Shown here piece by piece: positions 1 through 10,987 of a stretch of DNA of 64,000 nucleotides. The notes under the pieces were generated by a model. That model had not been told where the DNA came from. It saw only the letters and a list, made by a program, of their open reading frames with translations, and did not search any database. The stretch is taken from positions 173,925 to 237,924 of the forward strand of contig JACZXB010000002.1 in assembly GCA_022571845.1 (NCBI GenBank). The letters run 5' to 3'. Position 1 is the first letter of the stretch, and the number at the start of each line of letters is the position of its first letter. Source of the stretch: Candidatus Zixiibacteriota bacterium. Its GTDB lineage: Bacteria; Zixibacteria; MSB-5A5; GN15; FEB-12. The position numbers and the translations under genes are program-made.

Positions 1-455
1 ATCTGAGGTCCCAATAGAATATTCCCCTGTATGGAATAACCTGGTCCGGTGTGGTGGCCTTTCCACTCGATGCAGAGTTCACCGGTAAAGGCGGCCGAGG
101 CTCCTTGTCCGGCCAGAGTAACGGCGCCGTATTGTCTTCGAGTCGGGTCATTTTGAACGTCGTTGGCTTCAAGCCAACTCATAATTGAATCGGGCGTAAT
201 GCCGGCAATTAGCAGAGCATGAGCATTGGCTTGATTGCCCGGGAGATAAAAGGATTGGGTATTTATCGCCCCGATGCCCTCGACAACATCTTCAATTATA
301 TTTGACCCGGCAATACACGAGGCTCCGGCGCTGCCGACCTCGCCGGTAATCGTGTCAACGGCCACAATTGAAAAAGTAGCTTCTGCTTGCGGAGAAAGAA
401 GAAAGCAAACAGAAGCGGCAATCAGAAAGATTTGATAACATTTAGAAATTTTCAT
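1..455 (-). CDS. DUF1028-family (Ntn-hydrolase-like) exported protein, partial (runs off window start)
   Basis: Manual translation from ATG at 455: MKISKCYQIFLIAASVCFLLSPQAEA-TFSIVAVDTITGEVGSAGASC...RQYG...AAFTG...YSIQGNIL. Signal peptide followed by the TFSIVA start typical of DUF1028. Not in the ORF track. Confidence 0.8.
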   Translation of the reverse strand, partial: MKISKCYQIFLIAASVCFLLSPQAEATFSIVAVDTITGEVGSAGASCIAGSNIIEDVVEGIGAINTQSFYLPGNQANAHALLIAGITPDSIMSWLEANDVQNDPTRRQYGAVTLAGQGASAAFTGELCIEWKGHHTGPGYSIQGNILLGPQ

Positions 456-568
456 AGCAACACCTGTGGTATTTTCGGCCTCTTAAGAAAAACTTAGTAC
501 CACCCCGTTTGAGAGGCCGGCTTAGTTTATAGAATCAAATATAGGTTATTTTGACATTTTTGCAATGC

Positions 569-617
569 TTTACAAGCGTCCTAACCGGACATATATTCTT
601 GTTCACTAATTGTTAAC
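569..617 (+). promoter_or_regulatory. sigma70-like promoter with downstream candidate operator
   Basis: TTTACA(569-574)-17bp-TATATT(592-597), then CACTAATTGTTAAC (604-617), which recurs upstream of ilvE. Confidence 0.5.
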
Positions 618-646
618 AGACAAGAGCTTACGGAATAATTTGAGAT

Positions 647-2446
647 TTGAATAAGAAAATCAGAATAGGCAATGCCGGGGGTTACTGGGGAGATGACCTC
701 TCGGCATTGAAGCGGCAGCTTTCGGGCGGCCCGCTGGATTATATCACTATGGACTTTCTGGCCGAAATCACGATGTCCATTCTACAGCGTCAGAAACAGA
801 AAAATCCGGAACTCGGCTATGCCGGTGATTTTCTGGATCAGATTAGAGAATGTCTCTCGCTAATTGTTAAGAAAAAAGTCACAGTAATTTCAAGTGCCGG
901 AGGGATAAATCCGGTTGGTCTGGGACAGAAGATTATTGAGATTGCCAAAGAGCAGGGGATAAAAATCAAAGTCGGGGTGGTCCACGGCGACGACATCATG
1001 GACGATATCGACAGTCTGATGGCCAAAGGTGAAAAGTTCACCAATATGGATAATGGTGATAAATTTCCCAAAGTTCGCGACAAAGTAACCTCGGCCAATG
1101 TTTATCTTGGCGCCGAGCCGGTGGTCAAAGCTCTGCAAGAAGGCTGCCAGATAATCGTCACCGGACGTGTTACAGATACCGGTATAACTCTGGCGCCGAT
1201 GATTTATGAGTTTGGCTGGCAGGCTGACGACTGGAATAAGATTGCAGCGGGGATTGTTGCCGGGCATATCATAGAATGCGGCACGCAGTCGAGCGGCGGC
1301 AATATCAGTGACTGGACCGATGTCAAAACTTATGACAATATCGGCTACCCTATTATTGAAATGGAAAGCAGCGGTAAGTTTATTGTCACCAAGCACAAAA
1401 ACACAGGCGGTCTGGTATCTGAAAAGACTGTCAAAGAACAGCTTGTTTACGAAATGGGCGACCCCTCTAATTATATCACACCCGACGGCATTGCCCGCTT
1501 TGATTCGATTGAGCTAAAAGATGAAGGCCAGAACCGGGTGCTTATCTCCGGTATCAAAGGGGGGCCGCTGACTGATTTGTTTAAGATATCAATGTCATAC
1601 AACGATGGCTGGAAAGCCAGCGGCGGAATTTTGATTTCAGGACCCGACACTTACAAAAAAGCCAAAGTCGCGGCAGCTGTATTCTGGAAAAGACTTGGTC
1701 TAAAATATGAGCAAACTCGCACCGATATGATAGGCTCAGGCTCAATCTGGCCGAAATCTCTGGAGTCACCCGAAACAAATGAAATCATTTTACAATTTGG
1801 AGTGCGCGACCAAAATCGAAATAAAATCACTGAGTTCGGAAAATTATTATCATCGTTGATTCTTTCGGGACCTTCAGGAATGGCGGTAATAAGCGGACGT
1901 CCCCGGCCGTCGCAGGTAGTAGCCTACTGGCCGGCGCTGATGAAACGAGAAAACGCCAGTTGCGAAATTTTGACATTGGATACCGAAGATAATCAAAATT
2001 CATTCGGCATCTCATTTAGTTCAGAAAAACAACAGTCCAAACCGCCTGCACCCCTGATTAAAAAAGCCAAAGTAAAAAAAGCAGCGGGAAAGCTCAAAGC
2101 AGGAAAACTGCAAGACCTTTGCTACGCCCGTTCCGGAGATAAAGGCGACACCTGTAATATCGGAGTGCTGGCGCGTTCACCCCAAATTTATAATTGGATA
2201 GTCGGATTTTTGACTGCTGCCAAAGTTAAAGCCTTTTTCAAGGGAATTACACTGGGTAAGGTCGTCAGATTTGAACTTGATAATCTGGAAGGCTTGAATT
2301 TTCTTTTAGAAGAATCTCTGGGAGGCGGCGGCACGCGCTCGCTGATGGTCGACCCGCAAGGGAAAACATTGGCGCAAGCGTTGTTGCAGATGCCAATAAA
2401 GGCGCCGTCATCGCTGTGGAGTAAGACTAAGAAAGCCAAACGATAA
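647..2446 (+). CDS. AtuA-family (acyclic terpene utilisation, DUF1446) protein with fused C-terminal domain
   Basis: [34 protein letters not shown]; C-terminal [13 protein letters not shown]...LGGGG...DPQGK. Confidence 0.9.
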   Translation: MNKKIRIGNAGGYWGDDLSALKRQLSGGPLDYITMDFLAEITMSILQRQKQKNPELGYAGDFLDQIRECLSLIVKKKVTVISSAGGINPVGLGQKIIEIAKEQGIKIKVGVVHGDDIMDDIDSLMAKGEKFTNMDNGDKFPKVRDKVTSANVYLGAEPVVKALQEGCQIIVTGRVTDTGITLAPMIYEFGWQADDWNKIAAGIVAGHIIECGTQSSGGNISDWTDVKTYDNIGYPIIEMESSGKFIVTKHKNTGGLVSEKTVKEQLVYEMGDPSNYITPDGIARFDSIELKDEGQNRVLISGIKGGPLTDLFKISMSYNDGWKASGGILISGPDTYKKAKVAAAVFWKRLGLKYEQTRTDMIGSGSIWPKSLESPETNEIILQFGVRDQNRNKITEFGKLLSSLILSGPSGMAVISGRPRPSQVVAYWPALMKRENASCEILTLDTEDNQNSFGISFSSEKQQSKPPAPLIKKAKVKKAAGKLKAGKLQDLCYARSGDKGDTCNIGVLARSPQIYNWIVGFLTAAKVKAFFKGITLGKVVRFELDNLEGLNFLLEESLGGGGTRSLMVDPQGKTLAQALLQMPIKAPSSLWSKTKKAKR

Positions 2447-2447
2447 T

Positions 2448-4055
2448 ATGTTTAGAATAGAATCAAAAATAGACACTAAGTCGGCAGATTTCAAAGAAAA
2501 CGCGAAAAGTAACAAGTCGGCGCATGCTACTTTCAAAGAACGTCTGGAGCAGGTTAAGCTTGGCGGACCGGAAAAATCGCGTCAACGTCATTTAGACCGC
2601 GGTAAACTGCTGACCCGTGAGCGAGTCAAAAAACTGCTCGACAAGAATACACCATTTTTGGAATTAAGCTCACTTGCAGCCTGGGATATGTATGACAACA
2701 ATGCTCCCTCGGCCGGAATCATAACCGGGGTCGTAGTAGTGCACGGCCGAGAAGTTATGGTCATCGCCAATGACGCCACAGTCAAAGGCGGTACCTACTA
2801 CCCGATGACAATTCTAAAACATGCCCGGGCGCAGGAGGTAGCCGAGACCAATCACTTGCCCTGTGTTTATCTGGTAGATTCAGGCGGCATTTATCTGCCG
2901 CTGCAGTCGGGCACGTTTCCGGACAAGGACCACTTCGGCCGAATTTTCTATAACGAAGCCCGCATGTCGGCCAAAGGAATTGCCCAAATTTCTGTGGTGA
3001 TGGGCAGCTGTACAGCCGGCGGAGCCTATCTACCGGCCATGTCCGATGAATCTATCATTGTCAAAAATCAGGGAACTATCTTTATCGGTGGACCACCTCT
3101 GGTAAAAGCTGCTACCGGTGAAGAAGTAACAGCCGAAGAACTTGGCGGAGCCGAAGTTCACTGCCGGACTTCGGGTGTGACCGACCACTATGCCCAGAAT
3201 GATGAACATGCTTTACAGATTTGCCGCAACGTCATTGAAAACTTAAATCGCAAGAGACCAACTTCATTGAATTGTTCTGCGTCCGAAGATCCCTACTATG
3301 ATCCCGAAGAATTATACGGGGTGGTCAATTTTGATCTCCGTAAGCCGTACGACATTCGCGAAGTGATAGCGCGCATAGTCGATGGCTCCTATTTTCACGA
3401 ATTTAAGCAGCTCTATGGAGCTACTCTGGTAACTGGATTTGCCAATATCATGGGCTACCCGGTTGGTATAATCGGCAACAACGGAATTCTGTTTTCGGAG
3501 TCATCGCTTAAGGGCGCTCATTTTATAGAACTCTGCTGTGAAAGAAAAATTCCGTTAATCTTTTTGCAGAATATATCCGGCTTTATTGTCGGGCGTCAAT
3601 ATGAAGCAGGCGGCATAGCCCGCGATGGCGCCAAGCTTGTTCACGCCGTAGCCAATGCTAACGTCCCCAAATTCACACTGGTAGTAGGTGGCTCCTATGG
3701 CGCCGGCAACTACGCCATGTGCGGCCGCGGATATTTCCCGCGACTGATGTGGATGTGGCCAAACTCCCGTATTTGTGTTATGGGGGGAGAACAGGCGGCC
3801 GATGTTCTAGCTTCAGTTAAAATTAAGCAGTCTGAATCAAAGGGGCAGAAGCTCTCGCAAAAAGATATTGATGAAATCAGAAAGCCTATCATAGAAAAAT
3901 ACGATGAGGAATCAACACCGTACTTTTCGGGAGCGCGTCTCTGGGATGACGGCATTATCGGTATGACCGACACCCGGCAGGCGCTGGCGCTGGGAATTTC
4001 TATGTCATTAAATGCCCCGATAGCCGATGCCAAGTTTGGCATTTTCAGAATGTAA
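2448..4055 (+). CDS. liuB: methylcrotonyl-CoA carboxylase carboxyltransferase (beta) subunit
   Basis: [49 protein letters not shown]-terminal FGIFRM. Confidence 0.9.
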   Translation: MFRIESKIDTKSADFKENAKSNKSAHATFKERLEQVKLGGPEKSRQRHLDRGKLLTRERVKKLLDKNTPFLELSSLAAWDMYDNNAPSAGIITGVVVVHGREVMVIANDATVKGGTYYPMTILKHARAQEVAETNHLPCVYLVDSGGIYLPLQSGTFPDKDHFGRIFYNEARMSAKGIAQISVVMGSCTAGGAYLPAMSDESIIVKNQGTIFIGGPPLVKAATGEEVTAEELGGAEVHCRTSGVTDHYAQNDEHALQICRNVIENLNRKRPTSLNCSASEDPYYDPEELYGVVNFDLRKPYDIREVIARIVDGSYFHEFKQLYGATLVTGFANIMGYPVGIIGNNGILFSESSLKGAHFIELCCERKIPLIFLQNISGFIVGRQYEAGGIARDGAKLVHAVANANVPKFTLVVGGSYGAGNYAMCGRGYFPRLMWMWPNSRICVMGGEQAADVLASVKIKQSESKGQKLSQKDIDEIRKPIIEKYDEESTPYFSGARLWDDGIIGMTDTRQALALGISMSLNAPIADAKFGIFRM

Positions 4056-4061
4056 AACAAT

Positions 4062-4844
4062 ATGAGTTACACTACATTAATATATGAAAAGAGGGGACAG
4101 GTTGCCAATATCACTTTCAATCGTCCGGAAATTCACAATGCCTTTAACTCAACTGTCATTCGTGAAATGGCGGCAGTCTTAACAGAGATAGATAAAGATA
4201 ATGAACTTCGGGTGGTGGTTCTGACCGGTAAAGGCAAGTCGTTTTGTGCCGGCGCTGATGTGAACTGGATGAAAGATGTCGTCGAGCAGCCTTATGAAAA
4301 AAATCTGTCCGAGTCCAACGAACTCTCCGATTTGTTTGACCAGATATATTCTTTCAGGCTGCCGGTAATCGGCAGAATTAACGGCGCCGCCATAGGCGGC
4401 GGTACCGGTTTTGTGGCGGTCTGTGATATCGCTATTGCGGCGCGCTCTGCCATATTTTCATTTTCGGAAGTTAAAATCGGTCTGGTGCCCGCTTGTATCG
4501 GTCCCTATGTCATCAAGAAAATGGGGGAAGGCAAAGCCCGTGAGCTGTTTATTACAGGTGAAAGAATGCCGGCAGCAAGAGCCTGCGAAGTAGGCTTGAT
4601 AAATAAAGTCGTAGATGACGATCAGCTTGATAAGGCAGTAGATGAACTTGTCGAATCTTTACTATCATCCGGACCAAAGGCCGTATCAAACGCCAAGAAA
4701 CTTATCAGCGCCCTGCCGCTGATGTCCAAAGAAGAATATAAACCGTACACCGCCAGGCTGATTGCGGAACTTCGAAAATCAGACGAAGGTCAGGAAGGCA
4801 TGAATGCCTTCCTGGACAAGCGCAAACCGAAATGGTCTCCGTAA
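4062..4844 (+). CDS. liuC: enoyl-CoA hydratase, methylglutaconyl-CoA hydratase-like
   Basis: NRPEIHNAF, FCAGAD, GAAIGGG, FSEVKIGLVPA; lies between MCC subunit genes. Confidence 0.8.
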   Translation: MSYTTLIYEKRGQVANITFNRPEIHNAFNSTVIREMAAVLTEIDKDNELRVVVLTGKGKSFCAGADVNWMKDVVEQPYEKNLSESNELSDLFDQIYSFRLPVIGRINGAAIGGGTGFVAVCDIAIAARSAIFSFSEVKIGLVPACIGPYVIKKMGEGKARELFITGERMPAARACEVGLINKVVDDDQLDKAVDELVESLLSSGPKAVSNAKKLISALPLMSKEEYKPYTARLIAELRKSDEGQEGMNAFLDKRKPKWSP

Positions 4845-4875
4845 GTGACGCTGTCACCCTGTTTCTGAGGGTCGC

Positions 4876-6396
4876 ATGAGCCAGTTCCCCCAAAAAATAC
4901 TTATTGCGAATCGCTCAGAAATTGCTGTGCGAATTATTAATGGCTGCCAAGCGCTCGGTATTGCGACTGTTGCAGTCTATTCAGATGCAGATAAAAACAG
5001 CAAACATAAGCTCTTAGCTGATGAGTCGGTACATCTGGGCAACTCGCCGCCGCTTGAATCATATCTTAATTTTGATAAAATAATCAAAGCTGCCCAAGCT
5101 ACCGGCGCCGATGCTATTCATCCGGGCTACGGCTTTCTATCAGAGAACGCTTTATTTGCTGAGCGCTGCCAAAAAGAAAATATCAAATTCATAGGTCCCT
5201 CGCCTGAGGCCATACGCCTGATGGGTGATAAAATCGAATCCAGAAAAGTTGCAGCCAAAGCCGGAGTGCCGGTCACGCCCGGCATGGCAGGCTGTGCTGC
5301 GGATATAGACTCGTTTCGGACAGAAGCTGCCAGAGTCGGTTATCCGGTGCTGATAAAAGCCTCGGCCGGCGGAGGCGGTAAAGGTATGCGGGCAGTCGAA
5401 AACGAAAGCGAACTTGCAGCGGCTATCGAAGCCGCCCAAAGGGAAGCACAAAACGCCTTTGGTGATGATCGCGTTTATCTTGAAAAAATGATTGTCAATC
5501 CGCGTCATATAGAATTTCAGATTTTAGCTGACGAACATGGCAACTGCCTGCACCTCTTTGAAAGGGAATGCTCTATCCAGAGACGGCACCAAAAAATAAT
5601 CGAAGAGACACCCTCGGTTGCACTTAATGAAAACTTGCGCCAGAAAATGGGAGCAGACGCTGTCAAAGTCGCTAAAGCGGCTAACTACTCAAACGCCGGT
5701 ACAGTAGAGTTTCTATTAGACGAAAATGGCAGTTACTATTTTTTAGAAATGAACACGCGCCTGCAAGTTGAGCATCCTATTACAGAGATGGTAACCGGAA
5801 TTGATCTGGTGGCTGAGCAGATTAAAATAGCAGCAGGCGAAAAGCTGGGCAAGCATCTCAATAATATTTCACAAAATGGCCACGCCATAGAATGCCGTAT
5901 CTATGCCGAAGATGCTGACAACAATTTTATGCCGTCAATCGGCAAGCTGCTACTTTATCGGGAGCCAGTCGGCGACGGTGTCCGGGTAGATTCTGGTGTT
6001 GCCGTCGGGAGTGAAGTAACGATCGACTACGACCCCATAATGTCAAAACTGATTGTCCATGCCCCCGACCGCCAGACAGCCATCACTAACTTGATAGAAG
6101 CCTTAAAGCGTTATAAAATATTAGGCGTGAAGACATGCCGTTATTTTCTCACAGAAGTTTTGCAGCATAAAAACTTTGCCAATGGCCGGACATTCACCAA
6201 TTTCATTGAAACTAACATGACAAACATGCCGAACTCTTCAAACGGTATGGAATCTTACAACGAACTGGCCGCAGCAGCAGCCGCCATGCTATCGTCTAAA
6301 AGTTCGAGCTTACTGTACTCGGATATTGACGACCTGCCCCCCTCCCCCTGGCAACTGCTGGGAGACTGGTCGATTGGGAGTTCCATTAGTGGCTGA
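4876..6396 (+). CDS. biotin carboxylase subunit of acyl-CoA (methylcrotonyl-CoA) carboxylase
   Basis: KILIANRSEIA, IHPGYGFLSEN, GGGGKGMR, ERECSIQRRHQK, EMNTRLQVEHP. Confidence 0.92.
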   Translation: MSQFPQKILIANRSEIAVRIINGCQALGIATVAVYSDADKNSKHKLLADESVHLGNSPPLESYLNFDKIIKAAQATGADAIHPGYGFLSENALFAERCQKENIKFIGPSPEAIRLMGDKIESRKVAAKAGVPVTPGMAGCAADIDSFRTEAARVGYPVLIKASAGGGGKGMRAVENESELAAAIEAAQREAQNAFGDDRVYLEKMIVNPRHIEFQILADEHGNCLHLFERECSIQRRHQKIIEETPSVALNENLRQKMGADAVKVAKAANYSNAGTVEFLLDENGSYYFLEMNTRLQVEHPITEMVTGIDLVAEQIKIAAGEKLGKHLNNISQNGHAIECRIYAEDADNNFMPSIGKLLLYREPVGDGVRVDSGVAVGSEVTIDYDPIMSKLIVHAPDRQTAITNLIEALKRYKILGVKTCRYFLTEVLQHKNFANGRTFTNFIETNMTNMPNSSNGMESYNELAAAAAAMLSSKSSSLLYSDIDDLPPSPWQLLGDWSIGSSISG

Positions 6397-6886
6397 ATTT
6401 GAATTCATCATCGGTGACAGAACCTATCTTGCTGTGCTAAAACAGGCAGCTGAAACTACAGTTATAAAAGTCGGCGATTCTGAATTTTCTTTTAAAGAGT
6501 TATCTTCGGGACATTATGAAGCAACCAATAACGGCAAACAATTCAGCATAGCAGCTGTCAAGCATAGAGGCAAATTTCTGATTGATATCGATGCCAGGCT
6601 GTTTGAGGTTTCGGAATCCGGCCAGGAAGAATTTGGTGCCGTCTCTTCTTCTCATGCCGCTGAGAAAGACAAGGTTTATGCTCCGATGCCCGGCAAAATC
6701 GTAAAGCTCTTAGTTAAAGTTGGTGACAGTGTATCGGAGAAGCAGCCGCTGATGATAGTCGAAGCTATGAAAATGGAAAATCAGGTTAACAGTCCTGCTG
6801 CGGGTATTGTAAAAGCGGTCAATGCTTCTGTCGGTGAACAGGTTGACACCGTATCGGCTGTCATTGAACTGGACTTAGAGAATTAG
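6389..6886 (+). CDS. biotin carboxyl carrier protein (BT-like + biotinyl domain)
   Basis: EAMKM biotinylation motif and APMPGKI. Start placed at GTG 6389 behind GGGAG (6376-6380), overlapping the upstream stop. Confidence 0.85.
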   Translation: MAEFEFIIGDRTYLAVLKQAAETTVIKVGDSEFSFKELSSGHYEATNNGKQFSIAAVKHRGKFLIDIDARLFEVSESGQEEFGAVSSSHAAEKDKVYAPMPGKIVKLLVKVGDSVSEKQPLMIVEAMKMENQVNSPAAGIVKAVNASVGEQVDTVSAVIELDLEN

Positions 6887-6894
6887 CAGCCACT

Positions 6895-6930
6895 AAAAAA
6901 ACCGGCTCTGCAAAAAACAGAGCCGGTCTT
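6895..6930. terminator. intrinsic terminator between convergent genes
   Basis: ACCGGCTCTG(6901-10)/CAGAGCCGGT(6918-27) perfect 10-bp stem; the A-tract on the left gives a U-tail on the minus strand. Confidence 0.8.
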
Positions 6931-6959
6931 ATAAAGATCATTATTCTCTTGATAATATC

Positions 6960-7553
6960 TTAGAACAGTTTCAGACCTACAGAAATAGGCAGGAATGAAG
7001 TGGAACCGTCGTCCCCAGAAATACTGGCATAACGAGCTTGCACAAACAAGCTGGCATTCGGCGCAATTGAAAACTGAAGTCCGCCACCAATGCTGTAATA
7101 GAAGTTAGTGGACGATGCACCGCTGTTGGCAGTGTTCAAAGCAGCTACCAACGGGTCGGTTCCGGTAAAATCATCGAACGTCACGCTGGCCATTCCGATT
7201 CCGGCTGACACAAACGGTTGAATCGGGACCATCGGAGCGCCAAGAGAAAGATGGGCTTCGGGACCAAACATCCAGACTTTGTAGTTGCCGCCATTAATGT
7301 CGGCAAGACCAAAATCTGAACCAAAATTGTGACGCTCGATTTTCGCCACAACCTTTACTTTCGGTGCTACGTCAAAGCCGACTCCAACAAATCCATGATA
7401 ACCGGTCTTCCAGCTATCTGAAAAAGATGAAGGTGAGCTGGGCACTGATAAGGCGCCGCCACCATAAAAGCTTACCGGCGGGGTAGGAGCCTGCGCCATA
7501 GCTAGTGAACTAAAGACAAACAAAGCTGCAAATGTCAAAAGTGATTTCTTCAT
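6960..7553 (-). CDS. outer-membrane beta-barrel protein (OmpA-TM/PorT-like)
   Basis: Signal peptide MKKSLLTFAALFVFSSLAMA, alternating aromatic/Gly strands, C-terminal ISVGLKLF. Start at ATG 7553 with GGAG RBS. Confidence 0.75.
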   Translation of the reverse strand: MKKSLLTFAALFVFSSLAMAQAPTPPVSFYGGGALSVPSSPSSFSDSWKTGYHGFVGVGFDVAPKVKVVAKIERHNFGSDFGLADINGGNYKVWMFGPEAHLSLGAPMVPIQPFVSAGIGMASVTFDDFTGTDPLVAALNTANSGASSTNFYYSIGGGLQFSIAPNASLFVQARYASISGDDGSTSFLPISVGLKLF

Positions 7554-7694
7554 TTCGTTCTCCTTTTTTAGGTTTGTTTTCAACAGTTCAGGTTTATATT
7601 CGGCTTTATTCCCAATCACTTAACCATTTCTGTTCAATCTCTTAACAGTATCCTGGCTGTCAGAAAAGTCCATTCAAATGTCATTAGTATGCCA

Positions 7695-7741
7695 TTGTGA
7701 ATTGATTCACTTGATATTGGCCGGATTATTTGATATATATT
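7695..7741 (+). promoter_or_regulatory. CRP/FNR- or Rex-like palindrome abutting the -35 of the thiolase operon promoter
   Basis: TTGTGAA-TTGA-TTCACTT (7695-7712); TTGATA(7711-16)-17bp-TATATA(7734-39). Confidence 0.5.
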
Positions 7742-7777
7742 TGTCTGATTAAATAAAATTCGTTTAAGGAGTCTTAA

Positions 7778-8965
7778 ATGCCTGATAATAAAGCATATAT
7801 ACTATCTGCCTGCCGAACGGCAATCGGGGTTCTTCATGGCGGATTAGGCAGTAAAACAGCTCCGGAACTGGGAGCGCTGGCTATCAAAGAGGCGGTTTCT
7901 CGCTCAGGAATAAAAGCAGAAGATGTAAACGAGGTAATAATGGGGCATGTTCTTCAGGGAGGCTGCGGTCAGGCTCCGGCCAGACAGGCTGCCATTCATG
8001 CCGGTCTGTCGTACGAAATACCCGCTCTGACCATAAACAAAGTCTGCGGCTCAGGATTAAAAGCAGTCATGCTGGCGGCTCAGTCTATTAAGGCCGGTGA
8101 CAACGAGGTTGTTGTAGCCGGTGGGATGGAGTCGATGTCCAATGCGCCTATGATTCTGCATGGCGCCAAGACCGGCTTAAAATTTGGTCACAAGAAAATT
8201 CTCGATCTTATGATTACCGACGGTCTCTGGGACAGTTTTAATAATTTCCATATGGGCCTCGCTGCCGAACAGACTGCCAGCAAAGCCGGTGTTAGCAGAG
8301 AAGAGCAGGATCAATTTGCGTATGATTCACAGCAGAAAGCTGCCAAGGCTCAATCTGAGGGAAAGTTTGACGAAGAAATATTTCATGTAGAGATTCCTCA
8401 GCGCAAAGCTGACCCGATTATTTTTAACAAAGATGAAAACGTACGCGGCCAGGTTACTGTTGAAAAACTTGCTAAACTTCGACCAGTATTCGACAAAGAA
8501 GGAACAGTTACTGCCGGTAATGCTTCGAGTCTCAACGACGGCGCCTCGTGCACAGTTGTAGTATCAGAAAAATATCTTAAAGATAACAATCTGACGCCAA
8601 TGGCACGTATAGTCGACTATGCCGTATCGGGCACAAAACCGGAAGATCTTTTTTTCGCCCCGATTTTTGCCGTGCAAAAACTAATGGCTAAGATGAACGT
8701 CGAAATAAATCATTGGGACCTGTTCGAAGCCAATGAAGCATTTGCTTCACAGATGTTAGCTGACTCTAAAGAGCTAAAATGGGATAGCGCTAAAGTAAAC
8801 GTCAACGGCGGCGCCATAGCGCTGGGTCATCCTATCGGAGCATCAGGCGCACGGGTATTGACAACTTTGATATATGCCCTTAAAGATCGCAAATTGAAAA
8901 GAGGCTTAGCCACACTTTGTCTTGGTGGCGGTAACGCAGTAGCGATGGCAATAGAAAGAGAATAG
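7778..8965 (+). CDS. acetyl-CoA C-acetyltransferase (thiolase)
   Basis: INKVCGSG, NEAFA, GGAIALGHPIGASG, LCLGGG. Confidence 0.95.
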   Translation: MPDNKAYILSACRTAIGVLHGGLGSKTAPELGALAIKEAVSRSGIKAEDVNEVIMGHVLQGGCGQAPARQAAIHAGLSYEIPALTINKVCGSGLKAVMLAAQSIKAGDNEVVVAGGMESMSNAPMILHGAKTGLKFGHKKILDLMITDGLWDSFNNFHMGLAAEQTASKAGVSREEQDQFAYDSQQKAAKAQSEGKFDEEIFHVEIPQRKADPIIFNKDENVRGQVTVEKLAKLRPVFDKEGTVTAGNASSLNDGASCTVVVSEKYLKDNNLTPMARIVDYAVSGTKPEDLFFAPIFAVQKLMAKMNVEINHWDLFEANEAFASQMLADSKELKWDSAKVNVNGGAIALGHPIGASGARVLTTLIYALKDRKLKRGLATLCLGGGNAVAMAIERE

Positions 8966-8971
8966 TCTATT

Positions 8972-9835
<864 letters not shown>

Positions 9836-9847
9836 CATATAAAATTT

Positions 9848-10987
9848 ATGAATTTTCATCTGAGCGAAGACGAACTCGAACTTAAGCAGATGGCTCGGGA
9901 TTTTGCCGAGAAACGTCTCTATCCAAATGCTGAAAAGTTCGATGAGCAGGAAAAACTGCCCGATGATCTGATAAAAGAGGCAGCCGGGGTGGGCTATTTC
10001 GGCTTATCTGTACCTGAAAAGTTTGACGGACTTGGCGCCAGTTGCTCGGCCTGTATGGGAGCCATAGAAGAGTTAAGCGGAGGCTCGGCGGCTTTTGGTT
10101 TAATGCTATCAGCTCATTTGTCGCTTTGCTGTGAAGCCATCGCAAGATTTGGCAGCGGTTCTCTCAAAGAAAAGTATCTGCCGCAGCTGGCAGCCGGTGA
10201 AAGAATAGGCGCCTGTTCTATAACAGAGCCGAACGCAGGAACAGACATTTCTGCAATTGAAACTACGGCTCTGCTGAAAAATGATAATTATATTGTCAAC
10301 GGGACCAAAGCCTATGTAACCAACGGCAGCATCGCTGATGTCATAGTTGTCCTGGCCAAAACAGGGCAGCAGCTTAGTTGTTTTGTGATCGATAAAACAG
10401 CCGAAGGCATAACAGCCGGCGAATCAGAAATTAAGTGTGGTGTCAAAGCGGCCGATATCTGCAGCCTCACTTTCAAAGATGTCAAAGTTCCCCGAGAGAA
10501 TTTGCTTGGACAAGAAAATCATGGCGAAAAAATTACAGCGGCGCTGCTGGATTCAGGCCGTATAGCGGTTGCCTTTCAGGCGATTGGCATCGCTCAGGCG
10601 GCGTTTGTCGACGCTACAAAATATTCTAAAGTGCGCGTACAGTTTAACCAGCCGATTGCGAATTTTCAGGCGATTCAGTTTAAGCTCTCAGAAATGTCTA
10701 CCCGTATAGACGCCGGCAGGCTGCTGGCCTATCGAGCTGCGCAAATGATAGACGAAAACAAATCATGCGCGAGCGAAATATCAATGGCAAAACTGTTCTG
10801 CTCAGAAACTGCCAACTATGTCTGTGACCAGGCAGTTCAAATCCATGGCGGTTACGGTTACATAAAAGACTACGCGGTAGAACGATATTTCCGGGACGCT
10901 CGCGCCACCGAAGTAAACAGCGGCACCTCGGAAGCCCAGAGAATGCAAATTGCCTCTGATATTTTAAAGGATGACAAAAGTGCTTGA
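9848..10987 (+). CDS. acyl-CoA dehydrogenase family protein lacking the catalytic Glu
   Basis: ITEPNAGTD, RVQF and QIHGGYGY present, but VNSGTSE in place of IYEGTSE. Confidence 0.85.
   Translation: MNFHLSEDELELKQMARDFAEKRLYPNAEKFDEQEKLPDDLIKEAAGVGYFGLSVPEKFDGLGASCSACMGAIEELSGGSAAFGLMLSAHLSLCCEAIARFGSGSLKEKYLPQLAAGERIGACSITEPNAGTDISAIETTALLKNDNYIVNGTKAYVTNGSIADVIVVLAKTGQQLSCFVIDKTAEGITAGESEIKCGVKAADICSLTFKDVKVPRENLLGQENHGEKITAALLDSGRIAVAFQAIGIAQAAFVDATKYSKVRVQFNQPIANFQAIQFKLSEMSTRIDAGRLLAYRAAQMIDENKSCASEISMAKLFCSETANYVCDQAVQIHGGYGYIKDYAVERYFRDARATEVNSGTSEAQRMQIASDILKDDKSA

Noticed and set aside
6326-6396. Possible frameshift splitting a fused BC-BCCP alpha subunit
   Set aside because: The downstream gene has its own GGGAG RBS and a GTG overlapping the stop; split BC/BCCP genes are common.
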